Positions 32,845 through 43,355 are shown, counted from the stretch's first letter. The stretch is 64,000 nt of DNA from an uncultured Chloroflexia bacterium (GCA_963734535.1 CAVTHS010000004.1:64001-128000); one strand, 5' to 3'. Made by a program: numbers and translations. Notes: a model not told the origin generated them from the sequence alone.

Positions 32845-32958
32845 CGCGCACCGCCGGCGCGGCCCTGGCCGCCGGTGCTGCGCTTCGCCGCCGGCCACGG
32901 GCATCGGCGGTCACGGCCCTTCGCCGCCGGGCACGGGCCACGGCGGTCGACTCGAAAT

Positions 32959-33201
32959 CCTCGCCAATGCGGTTTGCTGCATCACTATCCGAATTCGATC
33001 CGGTCCGGCACGCCCTCGGCGGCGGCGAGAACCGGCGCCGGCGTCGGGAACTCTCCTCAATGCGGCGATTGCGACGCACAGGCGAGGAAATCTCCGGCTG
33101 ACGGCGCATCCACAACGGCCGGACGTGCGCGCCGATTCGGTCGCGCGGCGCGATCGGCCCGCGTTACCGGGGTAGTGATTGCCCGCGAGGCATTGACGAG
33201 G
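32959..33201. repeat. Nested imperfect inverted-repeat element (~240 bp)
   Basis: 32959-32970 pairs with 33190-33201 (11/12); 32981-32990 with 33170-33179 (one G·T); further inner stems. Confidence 0.65.
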
Positions 33202-33257
33202 AAGGCCCGGTCTGGCGGCCGTCCGCCGCACCACCAGGGCTGCCACCTCCGCGCGGC

Positions 33258-35927
33258 TCAGATGCCGAGGAAACGCTCCACGACCCGGTACCGCCACACG
33301 GCGTGGAGCGCCACGGCCCAGGCCACGACCGCCACGAGGACGATCGCGAGCTCCGCCGCGCCCAGGGTGTGGAGCGCGAAGATCGTCCGCCCCGCCGGCA
33401 TCGCGAGCATCACCAGGTAGAGCGCGGCGAGCCCCCCGGCCAGGATCGTCGGTCGCCGATCGGGTGACCGCGGCTCGATGACCGCGAGCCACGCAACCGG
33501 CGGCTCCACGAAGACCACGAGCACGAGGCCCGCGAACACCAGGAACGACGTGAGGGCCGACTGGGCGATGGTGACCGCCGCGTCGAGGTCAGCCGGGTCC
33601 ACCGATCCTCGGCCCGCGATCGCCTCGAGGCCGCCAAGCTGGTGGACGATGACGCCGAACAGGACCGCCAGTCCGGCGAGGCTCGAGAGGACCGCCGCGG
33701 GCACCACGAACCGGGCCAGGGTCCGGCCGAGCGAGTCGTGGTCCCGGGCGCCTGGCTGCGCCCAGACGGCGAGGAGTGCCGTCGGGATCCCCACCGTGAA
33801 CAGCACGAGCGCCGAGCCGTTCCGCAGGTCGATCGGGAAGATCCCGATCACGAGCGAGGTGACGATCAGGAGGCCGACGGTCGTGATCCGGCTGAGGAAC
33901 AGTCGCAGGATGTCCTGCATCCCGTTCCGGATCCGCTGGCCCTCCTCGACCGCCGGCGCCAGCGAGGCGAACGAGTCGTTCGTCAGCACGATGTCCGCGA
34001 CACCGCGGGCCGCCTGGCTTCCGCTCTGCATGGCAATCCCCAGGTTCGCCTTCTTGAGCGAGAGGACGTCGTTGACGCCGTCGCCGATCATCGCCACGTA
34101 GCGGCCCCGCGACCGCAGGGCGTCCACGAGCCGCTCCTTCTGGGCCGGCGTGATCCGCCCGAAGACCGTGGTCTCGAGCGCAACGCCCGCCAGCTGCTCG
34201 TCGTCCATCGCGTCGAGCGCCGGCCCCGCGATCGAGCGGAGATCCGGTCCAAGCCCGGCCTGGACGGCCAGCGCGACCACGGTCTCCGGGTCGTCGCCGG
34301 AGATGACCTTCGGCGTGACGCCGGCGGCGGCGAAGCGGGCGAGCGTCGCGGCGGCATCCGGCCGCAGCTCGTCCGCCAGCACGGCCAAGCCGATCGCGCG
34401 CATCCCGGCCGGCAGGGTCGGCGCGTCGTCCTCGCCGGCGAGGCCGCCCGGGTCGTCGAACGCCGCAACCACCAGCACCCGCAGCCCGCGGCTCGTGTAC
34501 GGCTCCATGCGCGCCCGGAGCTCCGTCCAGGCCTCCTCGTCCTCCATCCCGCGGCCGAGGACCGGCCGGAGAAACTCCGCCGCCCCCATCGCCACCACGC
34601 CGGTCCGGCCGGGGCCGGTGGCCGCCCCCACCCGATCGGGTCCGGCGTCCGGCGCGAACGCGACGGCGCTCCACTTTCGCGCAGACGAGAACGCCACGTC
34701 GCGGGCGAGCGGCCTGGCGGTCCCCGGGCAGGCGGCGGCGATCGCCTCGGCCGTCTTGTTGCGTACGGCCGCGCTCGCCACGACGTCGCCGAGGAGCGTG
34801 CGAAGGTCCACCTCGCTGCCCTCGAGCGGGACGATCTCTGTGACGGAGAGCTTGTTCGCCGTGAGCGTGCCCGTCTTGTCCAGGCAGAGGACGTTGACGT
34901 TGCTCAGCGACTCGATCGCGTTCGCCTGCTGCACCAGCGCCCCGAACCGGATGATCCGGACCGCGCCGAGCGCGTAGGCGATCGCGATCGAGACGAACAG
35001 CCCGTTCGGCACCAGGCCGACCAGGAGCGCCGCCTCGCCCACCGTCCGGCCAGCCGCCACGAGCTTCAGCACGTTGTTGAGGACCAGCACGATCTCGAGG
35101 TAGACGACCACCGCGAGGGCGATCCGGATCACGAGGTTGATCTCGGACTGGAGCGGCGTGAGGACCCGGCGGAACGTCCGGGCGCCCGCCGTGATCCGGT
35201 TTGCCAGGCTGTCCGCGCCGACCGCGGTCACCACGAAGCTGCCGCCGCCGTTGACCACGAAGCTGCCGGAGAAGACCGCGTCGCCGGGGAGCTTCGGGAT
35301 CAGGTCCGACTCACCGGTCAGCTGCGACTCGTCGGCTTCCAGGCGGCCCAGCGTCAGACGCCCATCGAGGACGACCTGGTCGCCCGCGCCCACGCGCAGG
35401 AGGTCGCCGACGACGAGCTCCTCGGGTCCCACGGACCGTTCGGCACCGTCGCGGATGAGCGCCGCCATCGGCCGTGTCAGGAGGGCGATCCGGTCGAGCG
35501 TCCGCTTCGCGCGCACCTCCTGGACGACGCTCACCGCGATGTTCACCCCGATCACGCCCAGCGAGACGGCGGCGTCGAGCGGCCGACCCACGATGACGAG
35601 CAGCACGCCGAGCACGAAGATCACGTCGTTGATGAACGTGAAGACGTTCTCCCGGACGATCTGGGCGTACGTCCGGCCGGTGGCGAGCGGGGCGGTGTTC
35701 CCACGGCCGGCGGCTCGCCGGGCCGTTGCCTCCGCCTCGGTCAGGCCGGTTGCCGGCGTTCCCGCGACGATCGCGTCGGCGGCCGCTGTGCTCGTGGCGT
35801 CCGCGGCCGTGTCTCCGGTCCTCTTGCCAGCCGCGCCGGGGGCGGCGTCGGCAGGCTCGGCGTGCCCGCCCGCGTCGTCGGGCGGCGTCGGGAGCGTGGG
35901 GTCGCTGATGGGCGAGGCGGCACTCAC
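33258..35927 (-). CDS. P-type ATPase (HAD-IC, CtpE-like)
   Basis: LTGES, DKTGTLT, FSSARKWS, ISGDD, MIGDGVND; GTG at 35927 preceded by TACGCT. Confidence 0.93.
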   Translation of the reverse strand: MSAASPISDPTLPTPPDDAGGHAEPADAAPGAAGKRTGDTAADATSTAAADAIVAGTPATGLTEAEATARRAAGRGNTAPLATGRTYAQIVRENVFTFINDVIFVLGVLLVIVGRPLDAAVSLGVIGVNIAVSVVQEVRAKRTLDRIALLTRPMAALIRDGAERSVGPEELVVGDLLRVGAGDQVVLDGRLTLGRLEADESQLTGESDLIPKLPGDAVFSGSFVVNGGGSFVVTAVGADSLANRITAGARTFRRVLTPLQSEINLVIRIALAVVVYLEIVLVLNNVLKLVAAGRTVGEAALLVGLVPNGLFVSIAIAYALGAVRIIRFGALVQQANAIESLSNVNVLCLDKTGTLTANKLSVTEIVPLEGSEVDLRTLLGDVVASAAVRNKTAEAIAAACPGTARPLARDVAFSSARKWSAVAFAPDAGPDRVGAATGPGRTGVVAMGAAEFLRPVLGRGMEDEEAWTELRARMEPYTSRGLRVLVVAAFDDPGGLAGEDDAPTLPAGMRAIGLAVLADELRPDAAATLARFAAAGVTPKVISGDDPETVVALAVQAGLGPDLRSIAGPALDAMDDEQLAGVALETTVFGRITPAQKERLVDALRSRGRYVAMIGDGVNDVLSLKKANLGIAMQSGSQAARGVADIVLTNDSFASLAPAVEEGQRIRNGMQDILRLFLSRITTVGLLIVTSLVIGIFPIDLRNGSALVLFTVGIPTALLAVWAQPGARDHDSLGRTLARFVVPAAVLSSLAGLAVLFGVIVHQLGGLEAIAGRGSVDPADLDAAVTIAQSALTSFLVFAGLVLVVFVEPPVAWLAVIEPRSPDRRPTILAGGLAALYLVMLAMPAGRTIFALHTLGAAELAIVLVAVVAWAVALHAVWRYRVVERFLGI

Positions 35928-35989
35928 CCGCGGAGCGTACGGCCGCGGGTCAAGGTCCGATGGACGGACGTGCGACAGGGACCGATTCA

Positions 35990-36321
35990 CGTTTACCGCT
36001 GGTCCGCCGGCTGCGTCACGGATTCGTTCTCGCTTCTCGCGGCAGCGCCGGACGACCGCATCCCACGCCCGGATGTGCGTCTTCACCTCGATCGCGACGG
36101 CCTCCCGGAGCGCCTCGAGTCGAACGTCGGTCGACAATCGTCCGGGCCGGGCGCCCGCACCGCTGACACCGATCGCGCGCGACCTCAGCCTGCGGCACGC
36201 CCAGCCCGAGCCGGAGCTCCCCCAACTCCTGTCCCGGTCGAGTGGCGTCGAGGCGAGCCAGGCGGGAAGCTTCACGCTCGACGATCCGACGTGAGCCGGC
36301 GCGTTGCTACCGAGGACGCAC
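35990..36321 (-). pseudogene. Decayed XRE-HTH + PD-(D/E)xK nuclease gene
   Basis: VRPR*QR..LGELRLGLGVPQAEVAR/AIGVS (in-frame TAG at 36307-36309, frameshift), then directly STDVRLE..AIEVKTHIRAWDAVVRRCREKR. Confidence 0.6.
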
Positions 36322-36433
36322 GCGGGACTCCAAAGGCGACGGAGTGATCGGCCGTGCGAGCCTTCCATCCGGCTCTGCCCCGCGACCGTTCCCACGGGAG
36401 AACAGATCGCCCGTATGCCGGAGTCTTCGAGGA

Positions 36434-36587
36434 TCTCGGTGGCTTGTAGTTCCGTCCTGTTCGTGGGACGCGAACGTACTGGCGCCCAGGGTGAGCGGAC
36501 GAACCCGCGCCGTCCTCATCTGCGCCTTCTGGTCGCCTGGGGCGACGTTACGCACACGGGCGGGATGGACGAACCCCGTCACCGAGA
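36434..36587 (+). ncRNA. Candidate rod-like structured element with many G·U pairs
   Basis: 36434-36443/36578-36587, 36451-36465/36555-36569 (4 G·U), 36470-36477/36545-36553, 36483-36494/36533-36544, 36495-36502/36516-36523. Confidence 0.45.
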
Positions 36588-36612
36588 GCGGACCACATTC
36601 CGCCATCTCGGC

Positions 36613-38863
36613 CTACCGCCAGCCGCGGACCTCGTCGGGGTAGAGGCGGACTCGCCGGTACGGCTCGCGACCGCGCGAGCGCGAGACGAGGTTCGCCCGC
36701 TCTGCCATCTGGTGCTGGAGCCGCCGGATGTACGCGCTCTGCGGTGCCAGTTCCACGGCCTGCGACTCGCGGACGACCATCCCGATCGCCTCCTCCGTCT
36801 CGAGGAGCGCGGCCTGGCGCGGATCGACCTCCAGGCTGAAGACGGAGGTGAGGCTCGCCTGCATCTGGATCGTCGTGTTCGCCTTCAGGACGTAGATCGG
36901 GAGCGCTCGGCTCTCGGCGTCCCGGATCGTCTGACCCTTCTGGCGATACTCGCTGCGCAGCGTCATCACGACATCGGTCTCGTCGAGATCCCGCGCCACG
37001 ATCACGGGGAGCTGGAGCTCGCGGATCGCCTGCTCGAGACGCTTGCGGCTGATGCCGAACGGGAAGACCCGCAGCGTGGGGAGGATGCCGTGCTCCACGC
37101 GCAGCGCCGGGCCGTCCTCGTCGCGGGCCGCCGCGATCGCCCGATCTGCGAGCGCCTCGTCATCGGCGACGAGGTCGGCCGCGTTCACCGGCCCGGTCCC
37201 CTCTTCCGCCTTGAACGCCTCCAGCGCGCGGCTGGCCTGGTCACGCCACTCGCGGTGGCGGTCGAGCTCGCGGGCCTCGCGTGCGCGAACCTCCGTTGCC
37301 GCGAGGGACGCTGGAGCCGCGCCGGGTGTCGCTGCGGCGCCGGGTGTCGCTGCGGCGCCGGGTGTCGCTGCGGCGACGGATGTGCCTGCCCGCTCGACCG
37401 GGCCGCGGTCGGCGATCTCGCCGGCGACGAACGGTGCGTCGGTGATCGCGAGGCGGCTGGCTGCTCTGTGACTGGGCCTGACGCTCCTCGCGCGGCCGTC
37501 GGGCGGTCCGCCGCCAGGCGGGCCGTCATCCGCCGAACTGCCGCCCACGGGCCCTCGATCGTCGCGATTCGCGATTCGCTCGCCGGGCATCGTCCGGCCG
37601 GATTCGGCGCCGGTCGCGGACCGATCGCCGCCCCCGGACGACCGGCCACCCCTCGATTCGCGCCAGCCGCCGCTCGCGCCCGGGCGGAACGCCGGCGGTC
37701 GGCTGGACCGACCCGCGATCCCCTTCCCAGGTCGCGCTCCGGTAGCTCGTGTCCCCGCGCCAGCCGGGCTCCTGCCGCCAGCCGCCGCCGCCCGCGCCGA
37801 CCAGGCCCGCGAATCGCTCGCGGCCCAGCTGCTCGCGCGGCGACGGCCGTGGCCGCGACTGCGAGCGATGGACGCCACCCTCGTCCTTCCAGCGCAGCTC
37901 CGGCGCGACCGGGTCGCCGCGGAGCATCGCATCGATCGTCTCGCCGACGTCGGCGTGGACCATGACCCGCTCGCGGTCCTGGATCTCCACGATCACGTCG
38001 AACGTCGGCGGCGCCTTGCGCTCGAGGACGCTCTTCTGGGTCCGGCGGCGGCGCGCCTCTTCGTCCCCGAGGGTGACGCTCTGGATCCCGCCGATCAGGT
38101 CGGAGAGCGTCGGGTTGAGCATCAGGTTGTCGAGATTGTTGCCGTGGGCCGTCCCGATCAGCTGCACGCCCCGCTCGGCGATCGTGCGGGCGGCCAGCGC
38201 CTCCAGCTCCGTCCCGATCTCGTCGATGACGATGACCTGCGGCATGTGGTTCTCCACCGCCTCGATCATCACCTCGTGCTGGAGCGACGGCGTGCGGACC
38301 TGCATCCGGCGGGCCTTGCCGATGGCCGGGTGGGGGATGTCGCCGTCGCCCGCGATCTCGTTCGAGGTGTCGACGACCACGACCCGCTTGCCCAGGTCAT
38401 CGGCAAGCACGCGGGCTGCCTCGCGGAGCATCGTGGTCTTGCCGATGCCGGGGCGGCCCATGATGAGGATCGACTTCCCCGACTCGACGAAGTCGCCGAT
38501 GATCTCGATCGTGCCGTAGACGGCGCGCCCGATCCGGCAGGTCAGCCCCACGATCTTGCCGGCCCGGTTCCGGATCGCGGAGATGCGGTGGAGCGTCCGC
38601 TCGATGCCGGCCCGGTTGTCGTCGCCGAACGAGCCGATCTTCTCGACAACCAGGGCGATGTCCGCCTCGGTCACCTCGCGGTCCAGGAGGGTCACCTCGC
38701 TGTCGGGGAAGCGCGCCTCCGGGACGCGGCCCAGGTCCAGCACGACCTCGATGAGCGCGGTCTGGTTCGGCAGGGCATGGATGGCCGCCACGATCTCCGG
38801 CGGCAGCGCGCCGAGGAGCGCGTCGAGGTCGTCGATCAGTTCGCGGGTCGGATGGTCGGCCAT
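36613..38863 (-). CDS. SpoIIIAA/Ycf45-like AAA ATPase with C-terminal R3H domain; frameshift in the linker (~37650)
   Basis: [26 protein letters not shown]; C-terminal [20 protein letters not shown]. Confidence 0.9.
37319..37375. repeat. 18-bp tandem repeat x3 (encodes AAATPG in the linker)
   Basis: GCGCCGGGTGTCGCTGCG repeated three times. Confidence 0.9.
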
Positions 38864-38873
38864 TCCCTCCCCT

Positions 38874-39942
38874 TCAGCGGATGGCCGGCACCATGGCCGG
38901 CTCGGCGACGCGGACCAGGGTCTCCTTCATGAGGAGCGTGACGGTCGCGACGGTCGCGAATCCCGCCTCCTCGACCCGGTGCTCGAGCGGTGATTCGTAC
39001 GTGCGGATCGGGCAGATCACGCCGTGGTCGTGGCCGTGGTCGCGCTTCTCCGCCCGGGCGCCGATCACGCCCAGGCCGAACCGGATGAGCGACGTGGCGT
39101 CGGTCCCGGGCCGGACCAGGACCCGCAGGTAGTGCGGCTGGTCCTCCTTGGCGACGCCAACCTGGACGAAGCCCTGGAGCTGGGTCGGGTCGGCGGAGCC
39201 CTCCGGGGCCTCCTGCAGGAACGACTCGACGTCGGCGAAGCGGAGGATCGGGGTCAGGCTGGAGCGCGGCATCGATCGACCCGGAGCCGTGGCGCTCCCA
39301 GTCGGCGATCCGGTGGATCTCCAGGCGCGCAACGGGCGCCGGCGTCACCGCGTTGTAGAGGCGGAAGAGCGCGACCGCATCCGTCCCCCCGACCGGGCGA
39401 ATCCCCAGCTCGCCGGCCTCCTGGTCCGTGAACGGCTCGGGGAGCGGCACGCTCGATGGGCGGAAGGAGACCAGCTCGTCCCCGTAGCGCATGAAGCCGG
39501 CCTGCATGAACAGCTCCACGTTGCCGTCCACGTCAGCGCAGGCGACGTGGAAGCGGGTCGCCCCGCGCTTCGTGCCGTCGCGGAGGCACGCCTGCACCAT
39601 CCGGTAGCGGATGTCGCCCGCGTCGGCCAGGCCCACTGCGTCGAGCTCCACGATCGTCCACTCGTCGCGCGCGCTGTCGCGCTCCACGCGGAGGAGCCCG
39701 CCCACGTGCCCGTCGCGCTCGTGGACGTAGAGCAGGTCGTTCGGACGGAACGCGCCCAGCGGGAGCCGAAAGAGCGTGAACACGCCGATCGGCGGACCCG
39801 CGAGCGGAAGCCCCAGCGAGCGAGCGCCGGTGCCCTCGGCCTGGGCCAGGCGCGAGAGCTCGCCGAGCGCGGAGAGGTCGGTGAGGCGCGCCGGGCGAAC
39901 CTTGCCGCCCCGACCCGCGGACGATCCGGGCCGGCCGGTCAC
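38874..39942 (-). CDS. Tandem GNAT-like hypothetical protein; frameshift ~39290
   Basis: [32 protein letters not shown] in the C-terminal frame. Confidence 0.65.
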
Positions 39943-39985
39943 GACCCGGCCCTCGTGCGCCGCGTGGGGTGGTCAAGGCGGCCGA

Positions 39986-40624
39986 TCATGGCTCGGTCCT
40001 CGCACGGCGCGTGGGGTGGTGCCGCCGGCCGCTCCCCTCACCGGGATCCGCGTGCTCCGCCGCCATCGTCGCGACCAGGCGGTGGAAGCGCGTCTCACCG
40101 GCCAGCTCCGGGTGGAACGCGGTGGCGATCACGTTCTTCTCGCGCACCGCCACGATCCGCCCGTCGTCGAGACGCGCGAGCACATCCACGTCAGCGCCGA
40201 TCTCCTCGACGATCGGGGCGCGGATGAAGATCGCGTGGACCGGCGTGTCACCGAGGATCGGCACGTGGAGCTGGGTCTCGAAGGAATCGAGCTGGCGCCC
40301 GAACGCGTTGCGCTCGACGACGACGTGGAGGAGCGGCAGCACGGGCAGCTCGCCGCCGGCGATCTCGGTCGAGAGGATGATCATCCCGGCGCACGTCCCG
40401 AAGATCGGCGCACCGGATCGGCCGAGCGCGAGGATCGGCTCGCGCAGCCCCCACCGGTCGATCAAGTGGCGCATCGTCGTGCTCTCGCCACCGGGCAGGA
40501 TCAGGCCGGCGACGTCGTCGAGATCCGCGGGCAGGCGCACCTCGACGCCCTCGACGCCGATCGCGGCGAGGGTCGCCATGTGCTCGCGGAAGGCGCCCTG
40601 CACGGCCAGGACACCGATCTTCAC
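39986..40624 (-). CDS. pdxT: PLP synthase glutaminase subunit
   Basis: GVLAVQGAF.EH, PGGESTT, FGTCAG, RNAFGRQ, FIRAP, FHPE. Confidence 0.96.
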   Translation of the reverse strand: MKIGVLAVQGAFREHMATLAAIGVEGVEVRLPADLDDVAGLILPGGESTTMRHLIDRWGLREPILALGRSGAPIFGTCAGMIILSTEIAGGELPVLPLLHVVVERNAFGRQLDSFETQLHVPILGDTPVHAIFIRAPIVEEIGADVDVLARLDDGRIVAVREKNVIATAFHPELAGETRFHRLVATMAAEHADPGEGSGRRHHPTRRARTEP

Positions 40625-40733
40625 GACGTTGCTCCGGTCGGGGGTCGTCGATCGCCGGCGGGACGTCGCGGCGGGGTCCGGACGGCCGAGGTCACCGGCC
40701 GGGTCCGCCGAGGCGCGCGTCGGGTGTCGTCGA

Positions 40734-41621
40734 CTACCAGCCCCGGGTCGCGAGGCGCTCGGCATCGGGGATTGCCTCCAGCGCGATTCCGCGCATGGCT
40801 GCCCCCAGGCCCTTCGAGACCTCGGCCAGGATCTTCGGGTTGTCGAAATGGGTCGTCGCCTGGACGATCGCGTTCGCCATGCGGGCCGGCTCCTCGCTCT
40901 TGAAGATGCCCGACCCGACGAAGACGCCGTCAGCGCCCAGCTGCATGGCGAGCGCCGCGTCCGCGGGGGTGGCGATGCCGCCTGCCACGAAGTTGACGAC
41001 CGGCAGGCCGCCGGCCCGCGCGACCTCGCGGACCAGCTCGATCGGCGCGCGCAGCTCCTTCGCGGCGACGAACAGCTCGTCCTCGCGCATCGACGCGAGG
41101 CGCCGCAGCTCCGCGTTGACGGTGCGGATGTGGCGGACAGCCTCGACGATGTTGCCGGTGCCAGCCTCGCCCTTCGTGCGCACCATGGCGGCGCCCTCGG
41201 AGATCCGGCGGAGCGCCTCGCCCAGGTCGCGGCAGCCGCACACGAACGGGACCTTGAAGGCGTGCTTGTCGATGTGGTTCGTCTCGTCGGCCGGCGTCAG
41301 GACCTCGGACTCGTCGATGTAGTCGACCCCGAGCGCCTCGAGGATCTGCGCCTCGACGAAGTGGCCGATGCGGGCCTTCGCCATGACCGGGATGCTCACC
41401 GCGGCCATGATCCCCTCGATCATCGCCGGGTCGCTCATGCGCGCGACGCCACCGGTGGCGCGGATGTCGGACGGGACGCGCTCGAGCGCCATGACGGCGA
41501 CCGCGCCGGCATCCTCCGCGATCTTCGCGTGGTCGGGCGTGACGACGTCCATGATGACGCCGCCCTTGAGCATTTGGGCGAGGCCCTTCTTCGTGGCCCA
41601 GGTGGACGTTTCGACGGTCAT
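40734..41621 (-). CDS. pdxS: PLP synthase lyase subunit
   Basis: [39 protein letters not shown]. Confidence 0.98.
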   Translation of the reverse strand: MTVETSTWATKKGLAQMLKGGVIMDVVTPDHAKIAEDAGAVAVMALERVPSDIRATGGVARMSDPAMIEGIMAAVSIPVMAKARIGHFVEAQILEALGVDYIDESEVLTPADETNHIDKHAFKVPFVCGCRDLGEALRRISEGAAMVRTKGEAGTGNIVEAVRHIRTVNAELRRLASMREDELFVAAKELRAPIELVREVARAGGLPVVNFVAGGIATPADAALAMQLGADGVFVGSGIFKSEEPARMANAIVQATTHFDNPKILAEVSKGLGAAMRGIALEAIPDAERLATRGW

Positions 41622-41723
41622 GTCTGGCAGCGTTCCCTGATCTGGTGGGCGGAGGTTCCGGGAGCAACCGACCGGGGGGTCATGCCCGCCTTGGGTCGCG
41701 CCGTCGCCCGCGCGCGTTGCCCG

Positions 41724-41729
41724 ATTATA
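41724..41729 (-). promoter_or_regulatory. -10 element TATAAT for pdxS-pdxT
   Basis: Perfect TATAAT about 100 nt upstream of pdxS in a very GC-rich background. Confidence 0.6.
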
Positions 41730-41811
41730 GCCGAGGGCCCGGGAGCACCCGGAAGGTGCCGTTCGGGGCGTGGGTCCCGGCGCGGCGGGCTCGGAGCCCG
41801 CTCCGCGATAT

Positions 41812-41864
41812 TCGTGGGCACTCTCGTGGGCGACTCTCGTGGGCGACTCCCCCGGCGCCCACGA
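41812..41864. repeat. TCGTGGGC(G)ACTC x3 plus an inverted copy
   Basis: 41812-41823, 41824-41836, 41837-41849; inverted CGCCCACGA at 41856-41864. Confidence 0.75.
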
Positions 41865-42141
41865 CCGCCCGCCTCGTGCGCGACATCCGTGGGACGACTA
41901 CCCGGCGCGCCTGACGGCCGATTTGCTCGCCATATGCGTCCCGCTGCTGTTATGCGCGTCTCGCAGCCCGGATCACGGCTCCGCCCGTCCCCCGGCGACG
42001 ACTCCGAGCGTGGCCCGTGCCCACTCGGGGCGCAGACCGCGCGTCCGGCGCGCTTAGCAGTCGCGTGGCTGCTATCCCGGGACGCTCTGCGACGACGCAA
42101 CCCGCGTGTCCCCCGCCCCGGGCCTTCGGTACGATCGGGTG

Positions 42142-42843
42142 ATGCAGGACGACCTCGACGCGCTCGCCGCGGAGATCGCCGCGTGCCGCGCGTGCCCGCG
42201 CCTCGTGGCGTGGCGCGAGGATGCGGCTGGGAACCCGCCGGCACGGTTCCGTGGCGAGCCGTACTGGGCGCGGCCGGTCCCCGGCTGGGGAGACGCCGCG
42301 GCCCGGATCGTGCTCATCGGGCTGGCTCCGGCCGCGCACGGCGGCAATCGCACCGGCCGCGTCTTCACGGGCGACCGTTCCGGGGATTTCCTGTTCGCCG
42401 CGCTCCACCGGGCCGGGCTCGCGAACCAGGCAACCTCGACCCGGACGGGCGACGGCCTCCGGCTCTCTGGCGCCTACGTGACCGCCGCCGTGCGATGCGC
42501 GCCGCCGGCCAACGCACCCACGCCGGAGGAACGCGACCGCTGCGCGCCGTTCCTGCACCGAGAGCTCGCCCTGCTGGCCGACGCACGGGTGATCGTCGCG
42601 CTCGGCGCGTTCGGCTGGGCCGCGGCGCTCCGCGCGATCGAGGCCATCGGCGCTCCGATGCCGCGCCCGCTGCCGCGCTTCGGCCACGGCGTTGAGGTGG
42701 TCGCCGGCCCCTACACGCTCCTCGGCACGTTCCACCCGAGCCAGCAGAACACGTTCACCGGCCGCCTGACCGCCGCCATGCTCGACGCGGTCCTGGCGCG
42801 AGCGGTCGCGCTGGCGGGCGCAGCCCGCGGCGACCTCCGGTAG
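42142..42843 (+). CDS. udgB: Uracil-DNA glycosylase family 5
   Basis: [38 protein letters not shown]. Confidence 0.92.
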   Translation: MQDDLDALAAEIAACRACPRLVAWREDAAGNPPARFRGEPYWARPVPGWGDAAARIVLIGLAPAAHGGNRTGRVFTGDRSGDFLFAALHRAGLANQATSTRTGDGLRLSGAYVTAAVRCAPPANAPTPEERDRCAPFLHRELALLADARVIVALGAFGWAAALRAIEAIGAPMPRPLPRFGHGVEVVAGPYTLLGTFHPSQQNTFTGRLTAAMLDAVLARAVALAGAARGDLR

Positions 42844-42854
42844 CCTTCCCGGTC

Positions 42855-43355
42855 ATGAGCACCAGCGTCCCCGGCCGAACCGGCCGCGTCAACCAGGTCA
42901 ACGTCTCGAGGGGCGGTGTGCCGAAGCTGCCCGTGGCCGGCACGCAGGTGCGCCGACTCGGCCTCGACGGCGACGGGCACACGGAACCCGAGCCGATCCA
43001 TGGCGGTGAGCCGCAGGCCGTCTCGCTCTACTGCGTCGAAGCGATCGCACGGGTCGCCGCCGATGGCCACCAGGCGTTCCCTGGCGCGTACGGCGAGAAC
43101 CTGACGCTCGAAGGCATCGAGTGGTCGAGCCTCGGCCCGGGCGACCGCCTCGCGATCGGCGCTGGGGGCCTTCTCGTCGAGCTCACGAAACACGCGGCGC
43201 CGTGCCAGACGATCGCCCACTGGTTCGTCGATCGGCAGATCGCGCGCATCAGCCCGAAGATTCACCCCGAGGATGCGCGCTGGTACGCGCGGGTGATCGT
43301 CGAGGGCCCGGTCGCGACCGGTGACGCGGTCGAGGTGATCGCGGCGACCGGGTAG
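42855..43355 (+). CDS. MOSC-domain protein
   Basis: GGVPK, GD.H..HGG, GAYGENLT, PCQ, YARV..EG. Confidence 0.88.
   Translation: MSTSVPGRTGRVNQVNVSRGGVPKLPVAGTQVRRLGLDGDGHTEPEPIHGGEPQAVSLYCVEAIARVAADGHQAFPGAYGENLTLEGIEWSSLGPGDRLAIGAGGLLVELTKHAAPCQTIAHWFVDRQIARISPKIHPEDARWYARVIVEGPVATGDAVEVIAATG

Noticed and set aside
35928-36395. N-terminal 156-aa extension of the P-type ATPase ORF
   Set aside because: The true start is the GTG at 35927 (TACGCT 6 nt upstream); the extension is read-through of a nuclease pseudogene, not a fusion
37319-37375. Tandem repeats as a CRISPR array (also 41812-41849 and 21565-21633)
   Set aside because: Units are 12-18 bp with no unique ~30-bp spacers, and there are no cas genes
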